Shown piece after piece: positions 50,815-64,000 of a stretch of 64,000 bases of DNA. The position numbers and the translations under genes are program-made. The notes beneath the pieces were generated by a model, which had not been told where the DNA came from, ran no database searches, and saw only the letters and a program-made list of their open reading frames with translations. The DNA comes from Eledone cirrhosa (Eukaryota), in the NCBI GenBank assembly GCA_964016885.1, contig OZ024740.1, positions 365,242,001-365,306,000 of the forward strand. The letters run 5' to 3'. Numbering within the stretch: the stretch's first letter is position 1; every line of letters begins with the position of its first letter.

Positions 50815-50846
<32 letters not shown>

Positions 50847-51226
50847 CCCTTGCAAGCAGGGAAAAGTGGACGTAAAATGATGATGATATATATGCACACA
50901 CATTGTTGTGTTTTTTGTTTTTGTTTTTATTTATATAATAAATAATTTTGTTCTTTATTATGTGTATTAAGAAGTATTGTTGGTGAAAATCTAAACTATT
51001 ATTCACCTGTCTGTTGGTGTAACTATTTCATGGGCTTTCTGAACATTTTTTCCCCTGTTTCTTTGTTTTGATTTCTGTGCAACATCGATCAGTATTTTAG
51101 TAAATTGATTATTTCAGGGAAATCCTGACTTAATCCTTTTGATACCAAACCAAATTGATTATTTCAGGGAAATCCTGACTTAACCCTTTTGATACCAAAC
51201 CACCTTAAACTGCTCATGGTTCTATA

Positions 51227-52065
51227 CGAGGTGTGTCAGAAAAGTTCCAGGACTGATGTCACAAAAGATTTCTTTCAAACTCAAACTTCACACTGAGAGT
51301 TTTCTCCTTCAAAGTAATCCCCCTGGAGTCTAATACACTTTTCCATCCTTTTCTGCCACACTTGCATGCACTCTTGGAAGGATTCTTCTGGGATCCCCCG
51401 CAGTTCCGTCGTCACGTCCTTTTTGATGTCGTCCACGTCTTCAAAACGGGTCCCCTCGCAGATCCATAACTCATCACTGGTGATGACTGTCCCTAGCAAG
51501 TCTGGTTCGGTTTCAAGACGCTCAAGGATGTCCTGGCACACTTGCATGCGTCGACCCTTCTGGTCATCATTCAGCAGTTTTGACACCATCTTCGCGCAGA
51601 CTTTCCGCATGTCCAAATCTTCAGTGAGAATCTTCCAGACGCTGTTCCGATTCATGCCCAGCTCATTTGCCGTCAGCAGACGATCGCTACGCACCATCTG
51701 CCTGACGCGCTCAATGTTGACCTCAGTCCTGGTTGTTGAGGGCCTTCCGCTCCTGGGGTCATCTTGCAACACTCAAAAACACGTGAGCGTGACATAGTCT
51801 CATCTCCATACACTTGCTGCAGCAATCCCAGTGCTTCTGACGGAGTTTACAAGTTTGTTCGTTGCTCTGTGCTCATTGCTTGACGACCTGAAACAGGACA
51901 TGTATATAAAATTATGAAGAAAAAAGTTTGATCACTGCAGAGAGCTAAGATTACAGTTACATACTCCAGGGGGATTACTTTGAAGAAGAAAACTCTTAGT
52001 GTGAAGTTTAGGTTTGAAATAAATCTTTTGTGACATCAGTCCTGGAACTTTTCTGTCACACCTCG
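51227..52065 (-). mobile_element. Internally deleted mariner element with ~105-bp TIRs
   Basis: TA|CGAGGTGTGTCAGAAAAGTTCC...GGAACTTTTCTGTCACACCTCG|TA. ORF 51281-51772 has DDPRSGRP, ITSDELW and GDYFEG. Confidence 0.93.
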
Positions 52066-53957
52066 TATAATGTAAAGGTGTTTGTTTTAAAGTGTTTTTG
52101 TTTTAATAAAATCTTTCCACCATATCTAAAAAAATATCTCCTATCATAATTTTATGTAAAAAACTTTTGTTATGTTCCGAACACAAATTGATAATGAGGA
52201 TGTTATGTTACTAAATCCCTCCAAATTCTTCATTATTTCCAAAGTTATCTGTTTGTCATTAGTTGTATTGATCCTAGTACTGATATCTGTTGATCATTAG
52301 TTGTTCGTGTTGACTGACTTTATTTGATCCTAGTATCAGTATCTGTTCATCATTAGTTGTTCTCATTGACTGGCTATATTTGGTCCCATTTCTTTATGTA
52401 CTTTTGTTATTTGAACCTCAAATAATGTTAAAATGATGTTTTAAAATTTCCCCATCGTCAGTTGCTGTATTATAACTCAAATTACTGAACAAACAGGTGG
52501 GGATAAATTTACTTTCGAAAAGGATGGAGCCAGTTGGGAACTTCTGGTGTAAAAAAGAAGACAAGCAATACTCTAGAGCACAAGTTATCTGCAGTAGATT
52601 TGAATATACAAACTTTTGAGTTAGTGGTAGTTTCAATTACTGAAACCATTTTGCCATTATTGTTTCTTAGGATAAAACAGCTTTCTCCTGGTTTACTATC
52701 ACCACCTGGGGTAATTTAGTTATATAGCTCCTAGAATATTGCTGGTATTTTATCAATTCAGAGGTTTAAGTTAATTTTGTCTTTGACTCAGGTTCTAATT
52801 TACATGTAATTATTTCATTCATTCTTTCTCTTTCTCTCTCTAAACTTATTTATTCATTTATTTTTACAGTGTCTTCTAATTATTTGTAATGAACCAGTTT
52901 TATGTCTTCTATAGTTTTTAAAGAAATTCTTCACCATCTGAAGAAAACAATAATAATAATAAATGAATAAAGCAGATGACAAAGGTGTTTACTGTTTCTT
53001 GTCGCAATGAATTGAGTTGGAGTTTCTTTACAGCATTTTATTGATGTTATTTCATACATGCACACCAGCCAAAAGAAATTCACTCTTATCTTTGTTGCTT
53101 GTTTAGACATGTTTTAAGGGCTAGGGTAACTAATCAGGTTTGGGGGTTCTAGTCATTCTATTTCTCCAAAAGATAATTCTCATTTTAAAGTTGTTTTGTT
53201 TGTTTTTTTAACTAAAATGTTCGAAACCCAAACTTAAATCAAAATTTACTTATGTAAATTTCAGGCTGGAAAAAAATATTCATTAAAAAAATATTAAAAT
53301 TTACTTTTTTGTTTTTGCAAAGGAAAGGCTATTTTGTCAACCAGATGTAATATAAAATATGTATATAATTTTTAATGTCACCCACATCATAATTTTCATG
53401 TCCTTTTTTTTTTCTTCCATACTTGTGTGGGTTGGGTTGAGGTTTTTTGGGGCACGTTTTCTATAGCCAGATGCCAACTTATATTTTATTTGTTGTTAAT
53501 ATGCATGATATATACCACTAAAGTTTGCTGACATGCTATATATACTACAAGATGTATAATAGGCTTCCTTCTAGTTTCAACCAAAATCCCTCACATGGGG
53601 TATTGTCTGAAGTTGTACTGCTTCCTAAGCCATTAAAAAAAATTAGATTTCATATAATTCACATATTATAATTTTCATCTATACTTCATTCTTTTACTAG
53701 TTTCAGTCATTGGAGTGCAGCCATGGAAGGGCACCACATAACCAGTTGTTATGAATGCTCATTGTGAAAACTGATGGAGGATCTGTCTATCTATTTATTA
53801 ATTAATAGATTATTTTTTTTCCATTTTCCTCTAGTTCAGCTTTTTTGATTACACTTTTTGTTTGTTTGTTTTCTATTTGAACCAATGTTATTCCACAAAT
53901 GCAGATTCAATGTGTATAATTAATATCATTTTATTATTATTATTTTTTAATTTTCAG

Positions 53958-54243
53958 AGTCAAGAGAAAGACGACTCTGAAGGAAAGTCTGCCACTGTAG
54001 ACAAGGAAGCTAGCATCATCCAAGATAACCCAGAAATCTCGGCTATGCTAAAAGAAAACGCCAGCGCGGTGGCAGCTGGCGGAGGAACTATAAACCATGA
54101 TATTAATGGTACCAATACAATAAAATGTGAGGCAGTTGATATAAAAGAGGAAATGAAAGATGTCATTCCTAAATCCAAAGATGGTGGAACGCCAGCCAGT
54201 ACAAAGGCATCTCCTAACTCACTCACCAATGGCAGTAATACCG
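53958..54243 (+). CDS. Internal coding exon of an unidentified host gene (low-complexity, probably disordered segment with IKCE/IKEE SUMO-type motifs)
   Basis: Long pyrimidine tract and ttttcAG acceptor at 53956-57. GTTAGT donor at 54244. The 286 nt are open in phase 0 (SQEKDDSEGK...NGSNT), with higher GC and retained CpG against a CpG-poor background. Confidence 0.8.
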
Positions 54244-56301
54244 GTTAGTAAAGTACATTATAATAAACCCACTCCCTACTTATTTCATTTTAGGAGAGTG
54301 ATAGTGATAATATATTTACTTGTTGGTGTGGAAATATTAGTATGGTAGATGTTAAGTTAAGTGTGAATTTTGATTACTAAGTACAGTGGTTCCTAACTTG
54401 TCTCTTTAACAACTATCATCTGATTGATGAAAGATTTTGTCATGTTGGTGCCATTATAAAATGCACTCAGTCCACTCTTTAAGGTGCTGGTGTCATGGTA
54501 AAATGCACCCAGCCTACTTTATAAAATGGTAGTACTGGTAATATGATTAAATGATGTCTTTCAACCATATAAAGTGGTAGTGCTTGTACCATGATAAGAT
54601 ACTCCCAGTTCTCCTTTCTGGGTCAATAAATAAAGTACCGGTCAAGAAGCAGTGGATTGGCAGAATTGTTGAAGAGCAAAGCTGGATACTTTGTGGTATC
54701 TGTTTCTGCTCTATGCATTCTAAGTTCAGATTTCACCTCCTGTCACCAGAAAAGCAGTGAGTGCTTCTGTCAAAAGTTGTGACCAGCAGATAACATCAGC
54801 AATAAAAAAAATAATAAACATTGTTTCCAATGGTTTGATCGAAGTATTGGCTTCTTTCATTCAAATCTGGCTGAGTTCAACTTTCCCTTTCATTTTTCCT
54901 GGGTAATAAATAAAATACCAGGTGGGATGGCGGAAATATTAAAGCATGGTTTCAAATCCCTCCATGGTTTACTCAGGTGGTAAGTTTAATCTGTCATCTA
55001 GGTAATGACCACCATCTAGTTTTGGGGCACTCTTAGAAGAATCCATACTGTTGAAAGCATTCATGTCAGGTCTCTGGTTAGAAGCTGTCTTTCTCCATCC
55101 AACCAGTCTCAGAGGCCCCAAGGAAGGTCATAGGTACTGCCCTTTTGCTTACTAGCCAATTAATATTGCACCCATGGAACCTATCCCACTAAAACAAATG
55201 CTCATTTATCCTAAATTGGATCGTGAGATCATATTGAGAATTACTATATTAGATTGTCTTCAAATTATTGCTATATCTTTTTTTTTTATATTTTCTTAAT
55301 TTTCATCAAATGCTTGAATTAGAAACCATTGTTGTTGTTTTTATATAGTCAAAAAGATGGGTATTTCAAAAGAATAAGAGCAATTTAAATAAATTTGGCT
55401 GCTTAAGGTGCTACATCTTTTACTTTGTGCTCTTGAATTGTCTCCCCTGACAAGATTAGTTATTTTTCTGTAACTCATGTGTTAGTGGCATAGCTAGGGT
55501 TATAAATGCTCAGGGGCAATAAACCTTTGGCACCCACACCTTAAATCTTGTCCTGTACTGTGTGAAACTGCATAGACATTCTTGAAAAGCACAAAACAAC
55601 ACGATGACTTACATTTCAAATTAAAGTCTTTACTCTAATATTGAAATTTTTCACAATGCTCTATCCAGTAGTAAAGATACTATAAAGATTTGAATTAACA
55701 AAATTATTTTTAGATATTTTTTGCTTAATCATTACAGGATGTCAAGAGTTAATACTGTCTTAACATCCAGTAATGATTTAGAAAATATCTAATTACAGAT
55801 TTATCAATTGAAATGTTTATAGTAACAATGTTTTTTTAGATGGTCATAGTGTTTTTCTGTACTTTTCAAGAATGTCTTACTAGTGTGGTACAGGATAGTC
55901 ACATTGAATATTTGTTTTTAGAATAACCAAGAATTTGGAGAGTTTTAGTAAAATAACTTTTTCATTAAGTTCTTATATAACATTACGAACACAGGCAGTT
56001 TTGAGCATGTTGGTATCAAAAGGATTAAGAGTTAACGAGCATGATAAACCAGGGAAAAGTCTGCTCTGCTGGGTTGGGAGGGTAACTGCTATCTCTCCAC
56101 CTGCTACCCCTTTGCTTAGAGTGTGTATCTGGCTGACGATACAAAACTACCTGAAACCACCCTTGATATTATTATACATAACTGCTTGTTTTGAAATGCT
56201 TGTATCCAGCTAAAAAACCTCTCATAGTTTTATATAAAAAAAAAACCCAACTTATGTTCCAAACACCAACTAAAAATAAGAAAGTTGGTTATATTATTAA
56301 A

Positions 56302-56486
56302 GGCGGTGGATTGGCAGTATCGGTAGAGGGTCGGACATGCTTTCCAGCATAGTTACGTCCCTTTACGATCCGAGTTCAAATCCCGCCGAGGTTAACTTAG
56401 CCTTTCATCCTTACGGGGTCGATAAAATAAAGTACCAGTAATGTACTGGATAATTGCTGGCCTTGTGCCAAAAGTAGAAACAATTA
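56302..56486 (+). mobile_element. Nin/Deu-like SINE, full length, nested in a TTAA MITE
   Basis: GGCGGTGGATTGGCAG..GTAGAAACAATTA. Confidence 0.9.
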
Positions 56487-56719
56487 AATCCCTCCAAATT
56501 CTTGATTTTCAAAATTAAATCCCAAATCATAAGCAGTAACTTTCATTAGAAATGTGGTAATGAAAGGGTTAATGGCTTACAGGAAAGAAAAACAGCTGTG
56601 AAAGCAATTGTTCACAGAATATAGAAATGTCCAACTTTGTCAACACCAGTACAGTGTTGGTATGAGATGGGAAATGTAATAAAACACTGAAAATTATAAA
56701 TTTAATTCATTTCTACATA

Positions 56720-57707
56720 CAAGATCTGTGGAAAAAGTATCTGACATTAGCCTGGGGAAAAGACTTACGTACTTGGTACGGTTCAATTGTTTATTCCTCA
56801 CACACTTAATCCTTTCAATGTTTAACCTTTAGCATTAACAGTACTCAATATACACTATTATATTTTCACGATAGTAAAGGCTTTATCTCACATAATATCA
56901 AATCTATGAAATTTTGATATTATTTATTTTGAGAACAATACCTTAATATAAGTATGAGCAGCCAGTTTGAACACAGAGATAAGAGGATTCTGGCCAGATA
57001 CAGCCAGTTTAAATGCTAAAGGGTTAAAGCATGTCTGAAATATTTCTTCCAGAACGGCTCTCAGCTTTGCCATTGCAGGCTGCATGATGTCCTCTCGCCT
57101 CTCAAAGTCAGAAGGAGCCGTGTTAGAAGAGTAGGGAGCCTGGTGAATGAGCAAAATGTCAAGAAACCTTAGAATAGCCACATTATATAAACCAGTGCAT
57201 TGTCATGATGCAGCTGCCAGTTTTGTGCTAAACTGCATCACAATGACATTGAAGGATTTCCTGATAGTACTCCTTTGTTTTCCCTTCGTGTGCATATTAA
57301 TAAGGTATAATGTCTCAGTAGTCGAAGAAAACAGTCAGCATGACCTTTATTTTGCTCTTCACCTAATGTGCTTTTTGGGCATTGGCAACATGGATGTTTC
57401 CACTATGATGGCTGAGCTTTGGTTTCTAGGTCATACCTGTATACCAACATCTCATTTCCAGTTATCCCAGTATTCAGGAATTTGGGATCCTTGTTGACAG
57501 TATTGGTCAAAATGAAAATGTGACAAGTAAGTAATACAGCACCTCACACACTGGTTGCCTGACAGTGACTGACACATCCAGTGAGCTCGCCAAAGATCAC
57601 GCATGCACATGAATGTATGCTATTCCACTCTGCACTCTTTATGTATCCCTACTATCATTGCTTCCCACAAGAAAAAATAAACTCAGATACTTTTTTGACA
57701 GACTGCG
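56720..57707 (-). mobile_element. Old mariner remnant
   Basis: Degenerate TIRs (CAAGATCTGTGGAAAAAGTATCTGA / TCAGATACTTTTTTGACAGACTGCG) flanked by TA. HQAPYSSNTAPSDF resembles HPPYSPDLAPSDF. Confidence 0.75.
56822..57027. mobile_element. piggyBac-like MITE nested in the mariner (related copies ~42960-43170 and ~62085-62280)
   Basis: TTAA|CCTTTAGCATT...AATGCTAAAGGG|TTAA. Confidence 0.75.
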
Positions 57708-60700
57708 TATCATAAGCTTGAATGAAACTTCAGAAATATTTAGTTGTTAAAAAAAGGGAAGACTTGTGAACAGGTTTAATAGGAAATTAATCAGTATCTT
57801 TTGGATTCTGGCTGAATAATTTAGTAGTGAAGCCATTCAACTGTACACATATTCATTCCTTGCTCAATAAAAGCATTCTTAGATTTATATGCTCATAGTT
57901 GGCATCAAAAAGATTGTTAGTTTCATTCCCAACTGGTTTGTTCTTTATATTGTTTTATGCTTCAACTTAAGTAATCTTGTCATTTCTTAGCTAGGAGACT
58001 TACTCAATCAGTGCTGCACCCTCACACACACACACACACACACACAACCACTCATCTACTATCTCTTTCAGTTCCACTTAGGAAAACAGCTTAACTGTAA
58101 ATTGTACCATTTCCCTGAAGTCTTGTTTGACCGATTGTATGCTTAGCATCTGAATGCAAAAGAAAATTGGCAGCAGTGGGAGAGGGGGGGGGGGGGGCAG
58201 CAGCAACAAAGTGTAATCCATCATTAGGTTGAAAGACCAACTGAGATTATCTTACTCTTTCATTCTGCTTACCTTTCTAACTTGAGAAACATTATTACCT
58301 ATCTTGTCAAACATAATCCTTCTTTCTTGTCTTTAATCCATCTAATACCAGTGATTTATTGTGGCATGCTGTTTACGCTTTACTCTGGTTACCTTGCAAC
58401 TTGATAGCATTGAGAAGTTTATTTTGATTTAGTTTATAGTTATTAAATGGTGACTTGACAGCTGAACATTTAAGGTACTGACTAAGACTTGGAGGCCATG
58501 TATTGCGTATCTGACTTCCATTGTGTTGTTTTAGTTGAATAGCTTGAAAATAGTTATAACATCTTAGGTAGACTGCCAACAAGGAAGCCTTGTCAGTCAG
58601 CCCTGTTTGAAAATATCTATGACCAATTCATGACAGTATCTCTAATGAATTACACTCTCTATTTTAATTAATTCTTGTGGGACTTTTGGGGATTTACTAA
58701 AATTATTTCATTACTTAATATGTGGTTCTTATATAAAATTATGTTTCAACATTTTTATTTAAATAGAAACCCTTTAAAATTGGTGGTGTTGTTTCATAGA
58801 ACCAGGGGCAGTTGCAAGCGTGTTGGTAGACTACCAAAAAGGAAACATTGTAATTTAGCTGTTTCAAGAATAGCTATAATAAGAGATAGCCAATGAAACT
58901 GCTCAATGTTCCCCTTGATTCTTCTGTTGTTGTATATCTTTAAGCAGAGAATTTTGCTCATCTGTCCACATTTACCATACTGATTGACATGATTTAACCC
59001 TCTTGAGACTAAAACACCTGAAACCTCATTTCTATGATGTAAGCAGTGTATTCTAAAGTGTATATATTTGTCAAAAATCCACCATATTTTTATTTAAGAA
59101 CCTTTGTTATGCTCCAAACACCAGCTTAATAATGAGAAAATTCTTTATTTTCAAAATGATTTGAAAATTATAGGCAGTGTCTTTCATTAGAAATATGACA
59201 AGAGTTAAAGATAATCTGGATTATGTAATAATTCAAACATTGTTCAATCCTTATTCTGTCTTGGATCTCTACTCTAGTATTCCATCTTACAGTTTTACAC
59301 TGGTATCATCAAGTCCTCGTGTTATACTTACTATGTTATTGTTTAGCCCCAAATTAGCCCCTATCAAACTTACCTATGATCAAAGGCATTTCAGCCATGA
59401 CAGTTCCACCTTTTTTCATATCCAATATAGTATTCTTTATTTAAGATGGTAGGGTCTGATTTATAGTAGATTTTACCTATTAGCGGGTGGAGTGATCCTT
59501 CATTGACTGTATAGTTGTTTGCACAGTTTTGCCTCAGGTCATCTTTTAACATCCATGATTTCACAGAAACTAGTTTTCTTAATTCATGTATATTATATCT
59601 TTACTAGTGGACTGATTATTATGAAAAATTGCAGTAAATTAACCTAAAGTAAAGGTTTTAATTTTTAATGTGATATTGTCTTAGAGCTGTTTTGTACTTT
59701 TCGAGAATGTTTTGATAATATGGTTTTATGTGGTACAGGATGTTAAGTGTTAAAAGGCTGTTTCTTTTTGTGCATGAAGCTCAATCAATTTATTATGTAT
59801 ACACAATAAAAATATTTTAAAGTTGAGTATTTTCATCCTAGTTTATTCCAATTGTTGACTCTCCCAGCAATGGTGTCTTGTACTAAGTCTAATGTGAAAT
59901 TCCTGGGAGATATCAGTCATGGTGAAGCCAGGAGAGGGATGGGCTCCACCATGTATTTTCCCAAGACACGCTGCAGAAAAAGGGAGTCATGGGGAAAGTG
60001 AAGTGAAGCAAATGTCACTCCAGTTAAGACAACTGGTATTATATTATAGCTAAACAAAAGCAGGGGATTAGCTGAATTGTTAAAGTATCAGACAAAATGC
60101 TTTATGGTATTTAGTTACGTCTCTTAATATTCTGAGTTCAAATCCCACCAAGGTTAACTTTGCCTTTCATCATTCCAGAATCAATAAGATAAAGTACCAG
60201 TCGAATACTGGGGTCACTTTAATCAACTTTCTCCTTCCTTATAACATAGCTAAACAAATAAAAATTGTATTATTTAAGGGGGACAACAAAGTAAATAATT
60301 AAATTTTAATGTGTATTTTGATTTCTATTATATTTTTTACCTGCCTATTGTTTCATCATTTAATGTCCATTTTTTTTCTGCTAGTCACAGACTACGTCAG
60401 TATTTATATTGGAGATACTGACCTCTCAGATAGACTGGGGAATGAGTCACATCTCTCTTACATACATTCACACACTCTACAGAATATACCAAGTGCATTT
60501 GATCATGGTGCACTTTTTGGGGCCTGGTTTCTACAACTGGATACCATTCCTATCATCAACCACCTTACAGGGTGCACTAAGTACATTTGTTATGGCACCA
60601 GCACCAGGGTGATTTTCAATCATTGACTCAACTGGAGAGAACTTTCTACCCTATTGTTTGTGTTATAATATTTCGAAAGGTCATTTACAAAATACTAGTA

Positions 60701-62322
60701 CATAAACCATTTGTGTTGGGGGGTGAGGTGTAATATTATGTTTCTTCACTTACTGTTTGTAGATTATTTGGATTATATATCCCTGGTCTGCCTGGGAAAT
60801 GACTAGCTCCGCTTCAGTTTTGACTTGGTCTATGTAGATCCATCCAACCCTTACTAGCCGGGAGAGTAGGCATTAAAATGACAACGATGATGACATATAT
60901 ATTACACAGACACACACACCTGGTATTTGTTTATACGTCTTAACAACCACTGCGGTCTGTTTATATCCCATAACTTGTTCCATTGACTAATTATCAACCT
61001 TAAGTGTGGAAGGATAAAAATAGATAGCCATTATTGATGATGATGTAATGATATCTTTTTTCTTTATTTTACACTTAGTTTTCATACCTTAGAACCAGTA
61101 TTTGTAAATGCAGGTATATAATTGTTGTGTATGTATTGAACCTTCATCAATTCTGATATTGAGTGTTCCCATTGATTCAATCAATGGAACAGCCTGCTTG
61201 TGAAATTAGCATGCAAGTGTCTGAGCATTCTATAGTCATGTAGTTCCCAAGTAAATTCAGTGTGACATGGCTGGCACTTTGAATTACGGGTACGACTCAT
61301 ATTTGACAACTGAGTGGATTCGAGCAATGTGAAATAAAGTGTCTTGCTTAAGGACATAATGTGCCACCAAAAATCAAACTCACAACCTTTCAATCTTGAG
61401 CCAAACACTCTAACCACTAAGCCATGTGCCTTCACAAACATATAATTATCAAATTAGTATTTGTTACATAAAGTTATTTGTATTGATTAACCCTTTGCTA
61501 CTGGAGTGAGGGTCCAGTTAAGTGGACTGAAGTGACATGAAATAAAGTGTCTTGCTCAAAAGCACAATGTTACTGTCCAACCACAACCCTATGGTGGTGA
61601 GCCCAACAACTTAACCAAAGTGAGCATTACCTCTTTTGATACCAAACCATCATAATCCACCCGTGGTCCTATATGGTGAAACTTCAAAGTATACAGTTAC
61701 CATATGAACACTTGTGTACATAAAACAAACATTTATTTCTGTGTATGTGTGTCTATATATATATATAGAGAGAGAGAGAGCAGGGGCATGTACTTTTATG
61801 AATCCAATTATTATTATAAGTTAACATGAATATCTATTTGTGTGTGCATGTGCGTGCATGCGTGCTACTCGTGCATTAATTTCATACCTTCAATAAACTA
61901 GTTATCTGTACACACACATATATAACAGACTTACTCCTCTTTAGATCCCTCCTCCTCCATCAGAATTCTATAGGAAGTGCTAAAATGATTTTGCATGTAA
62001 TACATGAGTCGTTTATTTGTGTAAAGGGAAATGTTTCAAGTGCCACATATTCAGGTAAAAAACACTGATTTTAAGCAGTTTACTTTAACCCTTTAACATT
62101 TATATTACTATATATATATACTATTATATTTTCACAGTAAAGGCTTTATCTCACATATCGAATCTCTAGGATTTCAATAGTATTTATTTTGAGAACAATA
62201 CCTTAATACTATGAGTAGCAAATTACGGTCGGTTTATAGAGGTGAGAGAATTCCGATTGGACACCGCCGATTTAAATGCAACTCCCCTGAAACCACCCCT
62301 GGTTTTATTATACATTAAAGCC

Positions 62323-62502
62323 TTGGCAGTATCAGTAGAGAGTCGAGCAACATAATTTGCAGCATAGTTATGGCCCTTTATGGTTTGAGTTCAAATCCTG
62401 CCGAGGTTAACTTTGCCTTTCATACTTACAGTGTCAATAAAATAAAGTACCAGTAATGCACTGGGATAATTGCTGGCCTTGTACCAAAAGTAGAAACAAT
62501 TA
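62323..62502 (+). mobile_element. Nin/Deu-like SINE
   Basis: More diverged copy. Confidence 0.8.
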
Positions 62503-64000
62503 TTTTATGTAAAAACCTCTTGTTAATCCTTAGTAACAAAGTAAGTTATATTTCTAAAGTCCTCCAAATTATTGATTGTTTTCAACATTAATTGACTGAC
62601 TTTCATTAGAAATGTGGAAACAAAAGATCTTTAAATGAAAATGTTTGTTTCTGGTTGTCATTTGCAATGAAGGGCTCATTTATGAAGGATTATTTCCACC
62701 CAGCCATTTTTCTGAAGACCCTTCAGTTGTGTCAGAGATATAACAAATTTCTTAGTGCTGATGTTATGGTAAAATGCACTCGGTAGAGTGCAAGACTCTA
62801 CAAAGTCAGTAGCACCAATTGTTAGAACCCATCCAACTCTTGCTGACAGGGAAAATGGACATTAAATGATGATGATGATGAGTAATGTTCAGTGACTATA
62901 ATATTTTTGCTTTATGTTTATTTATAGTTTGTTCTCTGAAATTAATTTTTAAAATCATCCAAAAATTTCATTACAATATTTTTAATGAAAAATATTGATA
63001 TGATTTTTTAAGAATTTGGGAGGCATTTATTAAAATTTTTATTATTTCATATCTAAGATAGTGACTTAACATATGGTTCTTATATAAAATTATGTTGGAA
63101 GGTTTTGATTTAAATAGGAATTGAGTGGTTTTGCCCAGGTTGGTATCAAAAGGTGTTTGGAACATTACTTAATGACTTTTACATAAAATTATCAAAGGTT
63201 TGTAGATGAATAGAAACAGTTTAAAATAAACAAAATTGTACCATAGAACCAGTGGCAGTTTCAATTGTTTTGATATCTAAAGGTTAATGAGAAATATTTG
63301 GAACTTCATTAAAATTATGCAAATTGTCATTCATTGAAAAATGATTCTTATGGGTTAAAAGTTATAATAATGGCTAGGTTTTGGAGATATTGAATCATAC
63401 CGCTAAGAAAATCTGTCTTCATTCTTTAGGTTCACTCCAGGTCAATCCTGATTGCAGATTATGGTTTTTTTGTTGTTTTTTTATTGTAGGGTATTTGACT
63501 TTTTTCCGTAGGTTGAGCAATGACAGAACAATGGTTCTTAACACCAATGGATTGCTGAATATGTCCAAATAACTCCTTCACGCAACTCTCAGAACCATCA
63601 TCATCATCATTACTATCCCTATTAGAGTAGAGTATGATTACATATAGATAATTAGGAACAGAATAGAAAACAATATAACAATTTTATCATATTTGTTTCT
63701 AGAAAACAATACAATAGACCAAACCCAGTACACTTTGTAAAATCATTGATGTTATGAATGGTATCCAGCTGTAGAAACCATACCAAAGGGTTGAGAGGAT
63801 TCTTCAGTTGTGTCAAAGATATGATGATCTCCCTAGTGCTGGTGTCATGATAAAATGCACTCGGTACACTCTGTAAAGTGTGAAGATGCAGGCCCTGGCT
63901 CATCTAGGAGATCAGTAGCTACAACTAGGTACTGATTTGGTTTGATGACATGCCCTACTCTTGCTAGCAGGGAAAATAGACATTAAATGATAATGATGAT

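Overview
AT-rich, microsatellite-dense animal genomic DNA, most likely an octopod cephalopod. This is inferred from the repeat families: tRNA-derived Nin/Deu-domain and CORE-type SINEs, RTE LINEs with (GAT)n tails, and Penelope-like elements in (TA)n. The window is almost entirely intronic or intergenic and repeat-derived. One host coding exon is well supported (53958-54243, +). Nearly all other listed ORFs are microsatellite or repeat noise. Recognisable mobile DNA: RTE LINE fragments, two young SINE families, two mariner remnants, Tigger/pogo-like and piggyBac-like MITEs, a Helitron Rep fragment, and many Penelope-like (PLE) insertions. The most striking signal is a dense set of fold-back PLE insertions in (TA)n microsatellites carrying hammerhead-ribozyme motifs. 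These include an apparently intact minimal hammerhead (22438-22475) and a 1.5-kb inverted-repeat element with a GIY-YIG endonuclease fragment and a non-canonical CAGAAGA-core hammerhead (44351-45860). Also visible: a LINE/SINE pair sharing a 3' tail, a structured GC-rich 310-nt repeat (30201-30510), and a CpG-retaining domain (~15.1-32.4 kb) between CpG-depleted domains. All calls were made by eye, with no database searches.
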